Source of the DNA: Clostridia bacterium
Lineage (GTDB): Bacteria > Bacillota > Clostridia > Lachnospirales > Lachnospiraceae
NCBI GenBank assembly: GCA_021201905.1
Contig: JAJQEA010000279.1
Span: 1-59,946 of the forward strand
Length of the DNA: 59,946 bases
Reading direction: 5' to 3'
The notes under the pieces are model-generated. The model was not told the origin of the DNA, made no database searches, and saw only the letters and a program-made list of their open reading frames with translations. A program made the translations under genes and the position numbers. This document shows positions 1-9,583 of this stretch, piece after piece; within the stretch, counting starts at the first letter, position 1; every line of letters begins with the position of its first letter.

Positions 1-374
1 AAGCCCCACAGAATACTGTCTCTGAAAAAGGCATACAGAAGGGTGAGTATTATCCCTGAAGCTGCGATAAAGGCCACTGCATTGCCCACGCTCCGGTGCG
101 CGTGTTCCCCGTCTTTGCGTCCCTGGCAGATACTCAGGTAGGCTGCGCACCCGTCGCCCACCAACAGAGACAGGGACAGGGCGATGATGGTGACAGGGAA
201 TACCACGTTGGTGGCTCTATTTCCCAAAAAGCCCACCCCGCGTCCGATGAATATCTGGTCTACAATATTATAGAGGGCGGACACAAGCAGCGACATGATG
301 CAGGGAATGGAAAATCTCAGCATCAGCTTTCCTACGGACTCTTCCGCCATATATTGGTTTGCATTCTGATTCAT
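1..374 (-). CDS. MATE family efflux transporter (MepA-like), 5' part; runs off the window start
   Basis: Not in the ORF track. Manual translation from ATG 374 gives MNQNANQYMAEESVGKLMLRFSIPCIMSLLVSALYNIVDQIFIGRGVG, with the MATE YNIVD motif. RBS GGAGGT upstream; frame open to position 1. Confidence 0.9.
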   Translation of the reverse strand, partial: MNQNANQYMAEESVGKLMLRFSIPCIMSLLVSALYNIVDQIFIGRGVGFLGNRATNVVFPVTIIALSLSLLVGDGCAAYLSICQGRKDGEHAHRSVGNAVAFIAASGIILTLLYAFFRDSILWG

Positions 375-404
375 AATTACCTCCGTTTTTTTATTTACGC
401 AAAT

Positions 405-454
405 AAAAAAGCCGCAACCTTCCGTGAATGGCCTTCACGGGAAAAGTTACAGCC
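405..454 (-). terminator. Intrinsic terminator-like hairpin in the 5' leader of the MATE gene (putative attenuator)
   Basis: Minus strand GGCTGTAACTTTTCCCGTGAA-GGCCA-TTCACGGAAGGTTGCGGC-TTTTTT, lying between a TGGTATAGT -10 box (~468-476) and the ATG. Confidence 0.6.
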
Positions 455-591
455 ATATTGCAGCTATTACTATACCATTTTTTTGGAACACTGTAATGCA
501 CAAATATACACAAACTTTGGAATCATATATATTGTGCACTTTTTATACCCTGTGCGCGGTTGGTACATTGTTCGCTTTCTATATTCGCTTT

Positions 592-1023
592 CTATTTTAT
601 TGGGAAATAGCGGATAAACCGGTAATGGCTCCGTTCCATTCCCTCCCTCTCATAGAACCTGTGGGCGCCCAGCCTTGTCCAGTTGGTGCTTACCTCAAAA
701 CGCACGCAGCCGGCTTCCCGGGCAATGTGGTACGCCTCCTGAAAAAGCCCATGGCCAATCCCCTGGGAGCGTCTGCCCTCCTTCACCGCCAGCTCTACGA
801 TTTCCCCGATTTTGCCGCATCTGCACAGCATGGTGCCGATGCGGAGATTCAGGACTCCCACCACCTCTTTATCCCGCTCCGCCACCAGGCAGTGCATTTT
901 GTTATCCTCCAGATAATCCTCATACGCTTCATGGAACCCCTCCCTGTCCAGGCTGGTTCCCTCCAGCTCACAGAGCAGTTCATAGATGGCATTTTCGTCC
1001 TTTTGCGTCGCATAACGTATCAC
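592..1023 (-). CDS. GNAT family N-acetyltransferase (PhnO-like)
   Basis: Acetyl-CoA motif V..RRSQGIG and C-terminal N..AHRFYEREG. Confidence 0.85.
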   Translation of the reverse strand: MIRYATQKDENAIYELLCELEGTSLDREGFHEAYEDYLEDNKMHCLVAERDKEVVGVLNLRIGTMLCRCGKIGEIVELAVKEGRRSQGIGHGLFQEAYHIAREAGCVRFEVSTNWTRLGAHRFYEREGMERSHYRFIRYFPIK

Positions 1024-1111
1024 GGCTGCATCACATCCTTTCTGTAAACCATTGTATCACAAAATGGGGCTGTCCAGTACCTGTTTGTGCAATACGCCTG
1101 CCGGGGGCAGG

Positions 1112-1573
1112 TCATTCCGGCAGATACATCTCGTCCTCCAGCTTACAGAAGCCGTACCTCTCATACAGCGGCCGTCCCATGGCGGTGGCCTCCAATGCAA
1201 TGAAATGGATCCCCCGCCTCCTGGCCTCCTGTACCAGCAAATCCAGTGTCCTGATGGCAATGCCTTTCCTTCTGTACTCCGGATCTGTATACATATTCAT
1301 GATACACGCCTTCATCCCCGTCGGATTATGATATGTGGGCATGACCTGGTAGAAGCTAATTCCTCCGGTCCCGATAATCCGGTCCCCATCGTATACAAGA
1401 TAGGCGCTATGGCTGCCATCCTCCAGGCTTTTTTCATAATAAGACCGGGATTCCTGCTCCGTCCGCCCCATATCCTCCGAACCATCCAGCTGGTTTGCCG
1501 CCCTCAGGACCTGGATTCTCGTCTTAACCAGGTCCTCCAGCTTTTCCTTACCCACCTTTTCAAAACGTATCAT
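1112..1573 (-). CDS. GNAT family N-acetyltransferase
   Basis: NMYTDPEYRRKGIA and ATAMGRPLYERYGF motifs. Confidence 0.9.
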   Translation of the reverse strand: MIRFEKVGKEKLEDLVKTRIQVLRAANQLDGSEDMGRTEQESRSYYEKSLEDGSHSAYLVYDGDRIIGTGGISFYQVMPTYHNPTGMKACIMNMYTDPEYRRKGIAIRTLDLLVQEARRRGIHFIALEATAMGRPLYERYGFCKLEDEMYLPE

Positions 1574-1633
1574 GTCTCACCTCGTAATATCACTGTTTAT
1601 TTATATATTAAGGCAAGCATACCCATTTTACAA

Positions 1634-4600
1634 TCATTTGTTTTCCGGGGAAGCCAAGTGAAGCAGCCTTACCGGTCCCAGAAGGCCTGATACATAATTC
1701 CGGCTGTCCCGGTCCATGTTATCCTCGTTCCAGTAACGGTTCCAACCCAGGGCCATTCCCTCGTCCACCAGCATGTGACGGCGTTCATTGGACGCCAGAT
1801 TGGATACCACTACGTTAATCTCATTTTCCCCCGGGCGGAGCAGGGACGTGATGTCCGCCCTGTAGGGACGCCACAGCCTTGTATCCGCCAGCCTGCCGTT
1901 TACCCAGATTTGGGCACAGTGGTTTACCCCGCCAAGCTCCAGCATATACGTGCCTTCCGGCTGCTTTACGGACCATGTGTTTGTATACCTGCACTTTCCG
2001 GAAAACCATGGAAGTCCAAGCATACGCCAGTCCTGAAGATTGGTACTGACCTCCTCCATGGACACGCGGACCGGCTGTTTCAGCCCGTCTCCGCTGCCGT
2101 ATGCCGTTACCTGTATGGTGAGTATGTGAATGCGTTCATTGTCCGGAAGGATGCATCTTCCATTTTCCCACTGTACGTCTTTGCCGTCCAGCATGCAGGT
2201 TACGGCTCCGGCGGTAACAGGCTCATGGATAACCGAGGCTCCGGCAGGTATTGTGACTGTATACCAGAGCTTTCTCGGGTAGGCCAGGGTCTGCCCGAAT
2301 AGCGGAAGGTCGCCCCATGGCTTCAAAGGCGGTTTTCCTCTTTCCCAGGCATGCAGCCACACATGCTCCAGACCAGGATAATTGAAATTTTTGACCTTCT
2401 GGACGTCAAAGCCGGCTGCCGTGAACCGCCCGTCCGAATCCGGCTGTTCCCATCCATCCCTCAGACTGTCGTTTACAATCCAGGTGCTGTCGCTTTTCAC
2501 AGTTTCCACGCTGGTTTTGCATACTATGGTTCCCTCCATCAGAAGGGAAATGAAACGGTCCGGTGGCAGCTCCTCTGCGGAGCAGACGTATACGTCCATT
2601 AACGGTTTGTGGTTTGTCACGTGGATTGCCAGAGTATTCTCCCCCTGTACCAGCAGGCCTTTGTCCTCAAATACCACAGACTCCCCGTTGCTGATTCCCC
2701 TGTAAACCATGGTTCCGTTGATAAAGCATTCAAAGGAGTCCACCGCTGCCACGCAGAACTCCGCCCTTTCAGGCATATCTTCCAGGAATACGGTCTTTCT
2801 GAAATACAGATCCGATGCATCCAGCTGGTCATTCCAGCTGCGTCTGCGTGTAATCCACTGCCCGCTCCATAGGCTCAGGTGGCGGCCGCATGCCCCCTCC
2901 TCCCCGGACTGGTTGCAGATCCGGATTGTCTCTGTCCCGGAGGACACATCATAGGTGAATTCAGCGACAGGGATTTCCAGATCCGTACTCTCCCCATCAT
3001 ATATCCCGTCTCCATGATTCCGGCAGGACGGAGAAAGAGGAAGAAACTTCCATTTACCCGTAATCCACTCTTCCTCCCACCGTATATCCCCTGTAAGGGC
3101 CGGCTTTGCACGGCTGACCGTATCTTCTCCCAGACCAAACAGTACATAGACGGCTTCCCCCGGTTCCAAATCCAGGTACAGATAGACGCCTTCATCCTGC
3201 CGGCCTCCGGGCATCTGCATGCCCTTTACCGGCCTGTATACCGCCTGCACCATCTCCCCTTTTTCAATATCAAGAAGGATCGGCGTTGAATTGTGGCAGA
3301 AGGACAGTACCAGATTCCGCCTTTCATCACTGCTGTTGGCCACCAGATAATAGTCATAATCCCCTGCCGTTCTATGATTCAAAAAGATGCCGCCGGGATT
3401 CCCGTAAATCACGGACGCGGACGGCGGGGCCAGACTGGCTGCTGCCTCCGCAATACCGCTGATGCTGTGGACGTTTCCCTTCAGGGCCGTGCGTCCTCCT
3501 TTGTCCGCAAGATTCCCGCCAGCCAGCCCGGTCCGGTAAAACAGGACGCTGCCGCCGTCCTTTGTCCACGCTTCCAGCTTTTCCACGGTTTCATCCATCA
3601 GGCTTCCTCCTTCCAGAAGAAGGAGCACTTTAAAACGCTGCTGCCCCACGCACAGCTTTCCGCCGCATATACGGGCATTTAAAATGGATTCCTCGTCCAC
3701 CATATCCGTGTCCAGCTGGTGTTCTATCATGATGTTAAGGGCCTGGTGGAATCCGCTGTTTATGGCCTGCCCGGCAGGATTTTCCTCTCCGTTTTCCATA
3801 TTTTCATCCATATCCCCTATGGGATAAAGGATGGCATAATCCACTACAGGACTTCCCTGGCTGTTCATGAAGGACAGCCGTCGTATATAGTCTGCAAATA
3901 TCTTAAAATAGTCCCAGTAGGGATTCTGATAGAAAAAGCTGGTGGGCCAGTCGCTCTGGGAACCCTGGTGCTCACATTCATAGTAGAATCCGTGAAGGAT
4001 GAACATGCCGGTTCCCATGGCGGCCAGGGTATTGATTCCCTTTTTGAATTCCTCCATGGTGCAGTTCCATCCCGCGCCTCCCAGGGCTTCCGACATAGCC
4101 CTCTCCTTTCCGTATATCCTGGCCACGGACACGGAATACTTGGGCTCGCAGTATGTAATCCTTCTGGGATACCGGTACCGGTAATCATGGCAGTCAGAGC
4201 CCGGCACCATGAGATGGCGCATGGTCTTAAAATAATCGCCCTGCCTTCTGGGATGCTCCCACAAAAACTCCTCTGTATGGCCTGTCAGCTTAAGGCCGTA
4301 TTTCCCGCACCAGTCTGATATCTGCCTGAAAAATGCCTCCTCGTACATAGAGGTCACCAGGGAGAAATAATCCTTCCGCACCTGCCGGTCCCGGTCAGAC
4401 GCGCCGTCCACAAGAGAGGGCAGTTCATCCAGGATATCATAACCGTATGTCTCCCGGAACCGTCCCGGCAGCCGGTCCGTCCAGGGCAGGGGATTTCCCA
4501 TCATGTAAATTTCGTCAAAAAAGATACCCGGTATCAGTTTTCCGAAATCCTCTCCCCACCGCTTCCTGTATTCCTCATGGGTCAGTTTTATGAAGGAGGC

Positions 4601-5152
4601 AATGGTATCTGGATTCAGATAGTCCACGGCCTTTTCAAATACGTTCTCATAAAACTCATAGACAAACCCGTCTTTCTCCGCCACATGGTACGGCATTGAT
4701 GCCGAATTTATGGCGCCCGGTTTTATAGCGCCCGGTTTCCCGGCGTCCTTATTTCCGCAGCCCATTTCCCCGGCCTCTTTTTTCACCACCCGCAGTCCCT
4801 TTGCCATGTTGTCCCTTCCCCGGGACAGTATCCTGGAGGGCTTCTGGAATCCGTATTCAAAGGTACTGCCCGCGGTGCCGCTGGGCCACGCGTACTCGTC
4901 GTAGAGCCAGGGAGCAAATCCCTGCTTCCTGGACTCCTCCACACAGGCTCCCACGGCATCCCACCATGCGTCCTCCAGGTAGGGAGTCTTAAGGTAGGCC
5001 CTGGGATGCAGAAAACCTCCGTACACGCCTTTTTCCACCATCTGGCCAATCTGCCGGGCCAGACGTTCCTTCTCCAGTTCTCCATTTAAGAACCAGAAGG
5101 CCAGCACGCTGTACTCCCTTCCCGGGTCCTTAAAATCATGAATCAAATCCAT
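1634..5152 (-). CDS. Large glycoside hydrolase, GH106 (alpha-L-rhamnosidase-like) with C-terminal GH2-type sugar-binding domain
   Basis: FWFLNG, WLYDEYAWPSG, GIFFDE and SEALGG motifs; C-terminal LELGGV..AQIWVNG..LWRPY..DIT..GENEI..SGLLGPV. Confidence 0.75.
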   Translation of the reverse strand: MDLIHDFKDPGREYSVLAFWFLNGELEKERLARQIGQMVEKGVYGGFLHPRAYLKTPYLEDAWWDAVGACVEESRKQGFAPWLYDEYAWPSGTAGSTFEYGFQKPSRILSRGRDNMAKGLRVVKKEAGEMGCGNKDAGKPGAIKPGAINSASMPYHVAEKDGFVYEFYENVFEKAVDYLNPDTIASFIKLTHEEYRKRWGEDFGKLIPGIFFDEIYMMGNPLPWTDRLPGRFRETYGYDILDELPSLVDGASDRDRQVRKDYFSLVTSMYEEAFFRQISDWCGKYGLKLTGHTEEFLWEHPRRQGDYFKTMRHLMVPGSDCHDYRYRYPRRITYCEPKYSVSVARIYGKERAMSEALGGAGWNCTMEEFKKGINTLAAMGTGMFILHGFYYECEHQGSQSDWPTSFFYQNPYWDYFKIFADYIRRLSFMNSQGSPVVDYAILYPIGDMDENMENGEENPAGQAINSGFHQALNIMIEHQLDTDMVDEESILNARICGGKLCVGQQRFKVLLLLEGGSLMDETVEKLEAWTKDGGSVLFYRTGLAGGNLADKGGRTALKGNVHSISGIAEAAASLAPPSASVIYGNPGGIFLNHRTAGDYDYYLVANSSDERRNLVLSFCHNSTPILLDIEKGEMVQAVYRPVKGMQMPGGRQDEGVYLYLDLEPGEAVYVLFGLGEDTVSRAKPALTGDIRWEEEWITGKWKFLPLSPSCRNHGDGIYDGESTDLEIPVAEFTYDVSSGTETIRICNQSGEEGACGRHLSLWSGQWITRRRSWNDQLDASDLYFRKTVFLEDMPERAEFCVAAVDSFECFINGTMVYRGISNGESVVFEDKGLLVQGENTLAIHVTNHKPLMDVYVCSAEELPPDRFISLLMEGTIVCKTSVETVKSDSTWIVNDSLRDGWEQPDSDGRFTAAGFDVQKVKNFNYPGLEHVWLHAWERGKPPLKPWGDLPLFGQTLAYPRKLWYTVTIPAGASVIHEPVTAGAVTCMLDGKDVQWENGRCILPDNERIHILTIQVTAYGSGDGLKQPVRVSMEEVSTNLQDWRMLGLPWFSGKCRYTNTWSVKQPEGTYMLELGGVNHCAQIWVNGRLADTRLWRPYRADITSLLRPGENEINVVVSNLASNERRHMLVDEGMALGWNRYWNEDNMDRDSRNYVSGLLGPVRLLHLASPENK

Positions 5153-5162
5153 AACCTTCCTC

Positions 5163-5996
5163 CTATCCCTTCACCGCACCCGCAGCAATGGATTTAACGA
5201 AATTCTTCTGCATACACAGGTATATCACCACAATCACAAGGGCGCTGATGGACAGGGCCGCAAACACAGGGGTATAGCCCACTGTCTCTATTTTCTTATT
5301 GAACAGGGCCACGCCCACGGAAAGCGTATATTTGCTCTCATCCGTAATGGAGGTCAGTGCCCACAGATACTCATTCCACACCTGCATGGCCGAGAGAATG
5401 GCCATGGTGGCCAGGATGGGCTTTGCAAGGGGCAGCATGATTTTACGGAACACCTGCATGTTGCTGCATCCGTCCAGTTTACCCGCCTCCATCAGCTCGT
5501 CGGGCAGATCCTCAAAATAGTTCCGGCAGATAATCAGTCCCATGGGGGCAAATCCCTGGAAATAAGGGAACACCAGGGCCGGAAGGGTGTTGACCAGGTG
5601 CATCCGGTTTACCATGGTGAACATGGGCAGCAGAATGATGGCCGTGGGTATCAGCAGGTTGAAGATAATCATGTAATAAAAGAAGGTCTTTCCCGGAAAT
5701 TTAAGCTTTGCGAAGGCATATCCGGCGCAGGTGACAAACACCAGGTTCACGGCCGTGGTTACCAGGGTAACCACCACGCTGTTCATGAAATACTGGGACA
5801 TACCGGCGTCATTCCAGGCCGTGGCATAGTTTTGGAAATTGAGCCTGGCCGGCAGGGTCCAGATGCTCTCCAGAAACTCCGTTTCTGTCTTAAGGGACTG
5901 GATCACCACCCACAAAAGGGGGTATACGGATATGAAGAATGCCAGCAGCATAAAAAGGAACAGAAACCATTTATACATATTTTTCTTATTCATCAT
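5163..5996 (-). CDS. Carbohydrate ABC transporter permease (MalG-like)
   Basis: EAA loop ELMEAGKLDGCS; hydrophobic helices; ends GAVKG. Confidence 0.92.
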   Translation of the reverse strand: MMNKKNMYKWFLFLFMLLAFFISVYPLLWVVIQSLKTETEFLESIWTLPARLNFQNYATAWNDAGMSQYFMNSVVVTLVTTAVNLVFVTCAGYAFAKLKFPGKTFFYYMIIFNLLIPTAIILLPMFTMVNRMHLVNTLPALVFPYFQGFAPMGLIICRNYFEDLPDELMEAGKLDGCSNMQVFRKIMLPLAKPILATMAILSAMQVWNEYLWALTSITDESKYTLSVGVALFNKKIETVGYTPVFAALSISALVIVVIYLCMQKNFVKSIAAGAVKG

Positions 5997-6892
5997 GAAG
6001 CCCTCCCTGCCCTTCTCTTCTGGACAATGGTTTTAACTGCCATAATCGCCACCATAATAAGTATCAGTATGACGGAGGCGGCAGTACCTGCGCCGAAGTC
6101 CCTGTTTGTAAATGCCTTTGTGTAGATATAGGATGTCATTACGTCGGAAGCGCCTCCCGGCCCGCCCTGGGTCATGACCCATATCAGGTCAAAGAGCCTG
6201 AGTCCGTTAGTCACGGTCAGCATGGCCAGCACCGCAAAGGTGGGCTTCAAATAGGGGATGATGATATAAAACAGCTTCTGCCAGAAATTAGCGCCGTCAA
6301 TCTGGGCCGCCTCCAGAAAATCCTCCGGCATTTTGGTTATATTGGCATACATAATCAGCATATTAAATGGCTGGGAACGCCATATCCAGGTAACCGCAAT
6401 GGCCCAGAGGGCTATCTCCGGACGGCTGAGCCAGGCCTTTGCGTACTTTCCCAGTCCAGCCATTTTAAGAAACTGGTCCACCGGTCCGATGGTCGGGTCA
6501 TAGATGATTCTCCATATACATCCCACCACCACCATGGATATCAGATAGGGGATGAACAGACCCGCATTGAAGATTTTCTTGCCCGGTACGCCCACATGCA
6601 GGATATAGGCAAACACAAACCCGATGGGAATGGCAAGAAAGCTGACCATGATAAGGTAAAATGTATTCCACAAAGAACGGACAAACTTGGGGTCTGCCAG
6701 TACCTTGGCGTAATTCTTAAGTCCCACAAAATGTTCCAGGGCTCCCAGCCCGTTGTACTTGTAAAAACTGGTCTGCAGCGCGTTGACAAAGGGTATGTAA
6801 AGGAAAATGACCATGACAATGATGGTGGGGGCAATCAGTGCCAGCGCTGTCATCATTTCCTTCCTTTCTTTTAATGTTTGGGATGATTTCAT
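5993..6892 (-). CDS. Carbohydrate ABC transporter permease (MalF-like)
   Basis: EAAQIDGA loop and FVGLKNY; start ATG 6892 follows RBS GAGGAG. Confidence 0.92.
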   Translation of the reverse strand: MKSSQTLKERKEMMTALALIAPTIIVMVIFLYIPFVNALQTSFYKYNGLGALEHFVGLKNYAKVLADPKFVRSLWNTFYLIMVSFLAIPIGFVFAYILHVGVPGKKIFNAGLFIPYLISMVVVGCIWRIIYDPTIGPVDQFLKMAGLGKYAKAWLSRPEIALWAIAVTWIWRSQPFNMLIMYANITKMPEDFLEAAQIDGANFWQKLFYIIIPYLKPTFAVLAMLTVTNGLRLFDLIWVMTQGGPGGASDVMTSYIYTKAFTNRDFGAGTAASVILILIMVAIMAVKTIVQKRRAGRAS

Positions 6893-6931
6893 TTTTATAT
6901 CTCCTCTCGGTGGGGCGGGCATTGCCAGATA

Positions 6932-6963
6932 CGGCGCAGGAACCTGTGTCTGTTCCTGCGCCG
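6932..6963. other. Perfect 12-bp stem-loop between SBP and permease genes (mRNA-stabilising or partial terminator)
   Basis: CGGCGCAGGAAC-N8-GTTCCTGCGCCG, with no U-tract. Confidence 0.6.
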
Positions 6964-7004
6964 CCTTGCCTTACAGCCTGATTTCCGGGCTGTGTCTGGT
7001 GAAA

Positions 7005-7094
7005 CTGCCTGTGATGATGCTGCCTGCGGTTATGCTGCCTGCGGTTATACTGCCTGCAGTTATACTGCCTGCGGTTATACTGCCTGCGGTTATG
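7005..7094. repeat. Intergenic tandem repeat, 6 x 15 bp (CTGCCTGCGGTTATR)
   Basis: Units start at 7005, 7020, 7035, 7050, 7065 and 7080; first unit degenerate; no spacers. Confidence 0.95.
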
Positions 7095-7101
7095 CCCTAT
7101 G

Positions 7102-8451
7102 TCAGTTCAGGTTGGACAGATATGTCTCCTCATAGAGCTGGTTCAGCTGATCCGTCACATAATCAATGTCATAGGTGCCTAAGAGGTAATTGGGCTCCAG
7201 ATCCGTCAGGAACGTGTTCTGGATTTCCGTTGTTATGTTCACAGGCACATAGATGTCGGGGATAAAGCCATTTTTACCAGCATCAATATATCCCTGCATG
7301 GCCTCGTTGTCGCTGGTCAGCTCAAAGTTGGTAAGTCCGGGGTTGATAAACTTTGCGTAGTCTTCGGAAAATGCAGTCTTGGAGGTCATGAACTTCACGA
7401 ACTCAATGGCCTCCTCCTGGTGCTTGGAGGAATTGGTCACTGCCCAGATGCTGCTGGATCCGCCCAGACATCTGGCTGGCTTTCCCTCCACGCCCGGCAG
7501 GGCATAGGAAGCCAGCTCCACTCCCTCAGGCACATTTTCCGTCAGGTAGGAAAGGTAGTTGGGCTGCAGCATGACCTGTACCAGCTCCTTCTGCACAAAG
7601 AGCTGCTGCATGGTCTCCCTGTTGCCGGTAAGGCCGGACTCCGGGAACCATCCCTGGTCCCACATATATTTGAACTTTTCAAGGCCCTTTTTCACGCTCT
7701 CGGAAGAAAAGGTCATGGAACCGTCCTCGAAGGCGTTGGGATTGGCATCTAACTCCTCACGGCAGTACTGGTCCCAGAAGATTCTCGGCCACCAGTCCAT
7801 GTTCTGCTGCTGCATAGATACGGGAATCTTTCCGGCCGCCTTTATGGCCTCGCAGTTTTTCTCAAACTCTTCCCATGTGGATGGCACATTCAGTCCCAAT
7901 TCCTTATATACATTCTTATCGTAGATAACAGCCACCGTAGTCATGGTAAAGGGCACGCCGTACAGCTTGTCCGCATAGTCAGAACCGATTGCCTTAAGGG
8001 TTGCCTTGCAGTTGCTCAACAGGGTGGGATTGATCGTCTCTCCCCAGTTTGCATCCTTCTCATAATTCTGTCCGTTTTCCACTGCGTCAGTCAGGTCCAC
8101 CAGCAGGCCGCTCTGCACCTGATCCCCGATGAACTGGGAGTTGGTCATGACCACGTCCGGCAGTTCGTTTGCCACATTCAGCGCAGTGAATTTTGAATAG
8201 TAGGAATCCGAGGGAACATATTCATATTCAATGTTGACCTCCGGGTTGAGCTCTTCATATACGGAAATCATCTCCTCCACCATGCCGCCGTAATTGTCCA
8301 GTACCTTTATGGTAACCTTTCCGCTGCCGTCCCCTGCTGCCTCTGTATTTCCCTCACCGGACGCTCCCCCATTTGAGGAAGCGCATCCTGTCATGGCTGA
8401 CGCGGACATGGCCGCACAGGTTAAAAGCGCAATCAATTTCTTATTCATCAT
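7102..8451 (-). CDS. Sugar ABC transporter substrate-binding lipoprotein
   Basis: Lipobox AMTGC; SBP family 1 pattern LPDVV..LLVDLT..LYGVPF; RBS AGGAGG. Confidence 0.9.
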   Translation of the reverse strand: MMNKKLIALLTCAAMSASAMTGCASSNGGASGEGNTEAAGDGSGKVTIKVLDNYGGMVEEMISVYEELNPEVNIEYEYVPSDSYYSKFTALNVANELPDVVMTNSQFIGDQVQSGLLVDLTDAVENGQNYEKDANWGETINPTLLSNCKATLKAIGSDYADKLYGVPFTMTTVAVIYDKNVYKELGLNVPSTWEEFEKNCEAIKAAGKIPVSMQQQNMDWWPRIFWDQYCREELDANPNAFEDGSMTFSSESVKKGLEKFKYMWDQGWFPESGLTGNRETMQQLFVQKELVQVMLQPNYLSYLTENVPEGVELASYALPGVEGKPARCLGGSSSIWAVTNSSKHQEEAIEFVKFMTSKTAFSEDYAKFINPGLTNFELTSDNEAMQGYIDAGKNGFIPDIYVPVNITTEIQNTFLTDLEPNYLLGTYDIDYVTDQLNQLYEETYLSNLN

Positions 8452-8780
8452 AATCCTCCTATACACTATGCTTTCTTCTGTTTTCTTTCTGCTTATCCTA
8501 TTTTTCTTCCATTTTACATGTGCTGCAAGCTTGCATGTTTATTTTGTACAACCCAATCATACAATACCCCGGTGTTTTTAGTCAATTTGCAATCAATGCC
8601 GGAGGAATACTTTCGTGTTTTCCTGAGTTGTACTTTCATGCCGGGATGGTATTTTCTTGTTATGAGGCGGTTTTATCCTTATTTTGCGTACAAAAAGAAA
8701 GAGCAGAAAACATCACATTGCTTTCTGCTCTTCCTGTATTACGTTCCGCTATTTACGTTTTCCCGGTAATGCTAAGGACC

Positions 8781-9537
8781 CTATTCCATATAATCCAAGG
8801 GGTCCACCGTCTTATCCTGGTGTTTCAGCTCAAAGAATACATTGACGCCTTCCACGGAATAATACTTGGTCGGCTCTGACACGTAGCCCAGGGTCTGTCC
8901 CTTTTTTCAGGTACTCGCCCTCTGCCGCGCAGACTTCCTTTAACTGGCTGCAGGTAGCTGTGTACTCATTGCCCAGGTCCATGACAACGTAATTTCCAAT
9001 TTCCTCATTGGAGCCCACTTCCAGTATCCTTGCATTGGCCGGGGCACCCACCGGAGTGCTCACATCAGACTGGATCACCAGTCCGGGATTGCATTTGTAC
9101 TGGTCCAGGGTGGGGAAATAAATGGTCTGGTCCATGCTGTAGTCCAGAAGCACATTTCCCTTAACGGGCCATTCCATCTTGCTGGTATCTGTAAAATTCA
9201 GCACCAGCGCATCGGCTGCATCCTTTCCCGCTCCAGCTTCCGCCGCCAGGTCATTTCCCTGGTTGGCGTTCTGGGCCACGGCCGCCTTGGTAGGAGCCGG
9301 CTCGCTCTTTTGTGTCTCTTTTGCCGCATCAGAGGCACCTGCCACCTGCGGCATTTCCGGTGCGGTCTCCTGGGCAATCATTTCTGGCTGGGGCACTTCA
9401 AGGTATGGATTGGTCTCATTACCTTTTCCTCTTTGTACGGTAATCACTCCTGCTGCGGCTACTATAGTCAGCAGGCCTAACACTAGCATGACAAGAAACA
9501 GCTTATCCTTGAACATCTGGTTTACTTTCTCTTTCAC
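8781..9537 (-). pseudogene. spoIIQ: SpoIIQ-like M23/LytM-domain membrane protein with +1 frameshift near the C-terminus
   Basis: N-terminal TM helix, WPVKG..DYSMD and degenerate M23 motif; directly downstream of spoIID. Removing one base at the A6G3 run (~8899-8907) restores KGQTLGYVSEPTKYYSVEGVNVFFELKHQDKTVDPLDYME* ending at 8781. Confidence 0.7.
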
Positions 9538-9554
9538 GTTTATCACCTCGGTAC

Positions 9555-9583
9555 TATTCTTACCAAACCAAGGCTACTTATTC
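9555..9583 (-). promoter_or_regulatory. Putative sigma-F promoter of spoIIQ
   Basis: GAATA-N14-GGTAAGAATA resembles the sigma-F consensus GNATA..GGNAANANTR. Confidence 0.5.

Noticed and set aside
7005-7094. Possible CRISPR array
   Set aside because: The 15-bp units are directly adjacent with no unique spacers, and there are no cas genes.
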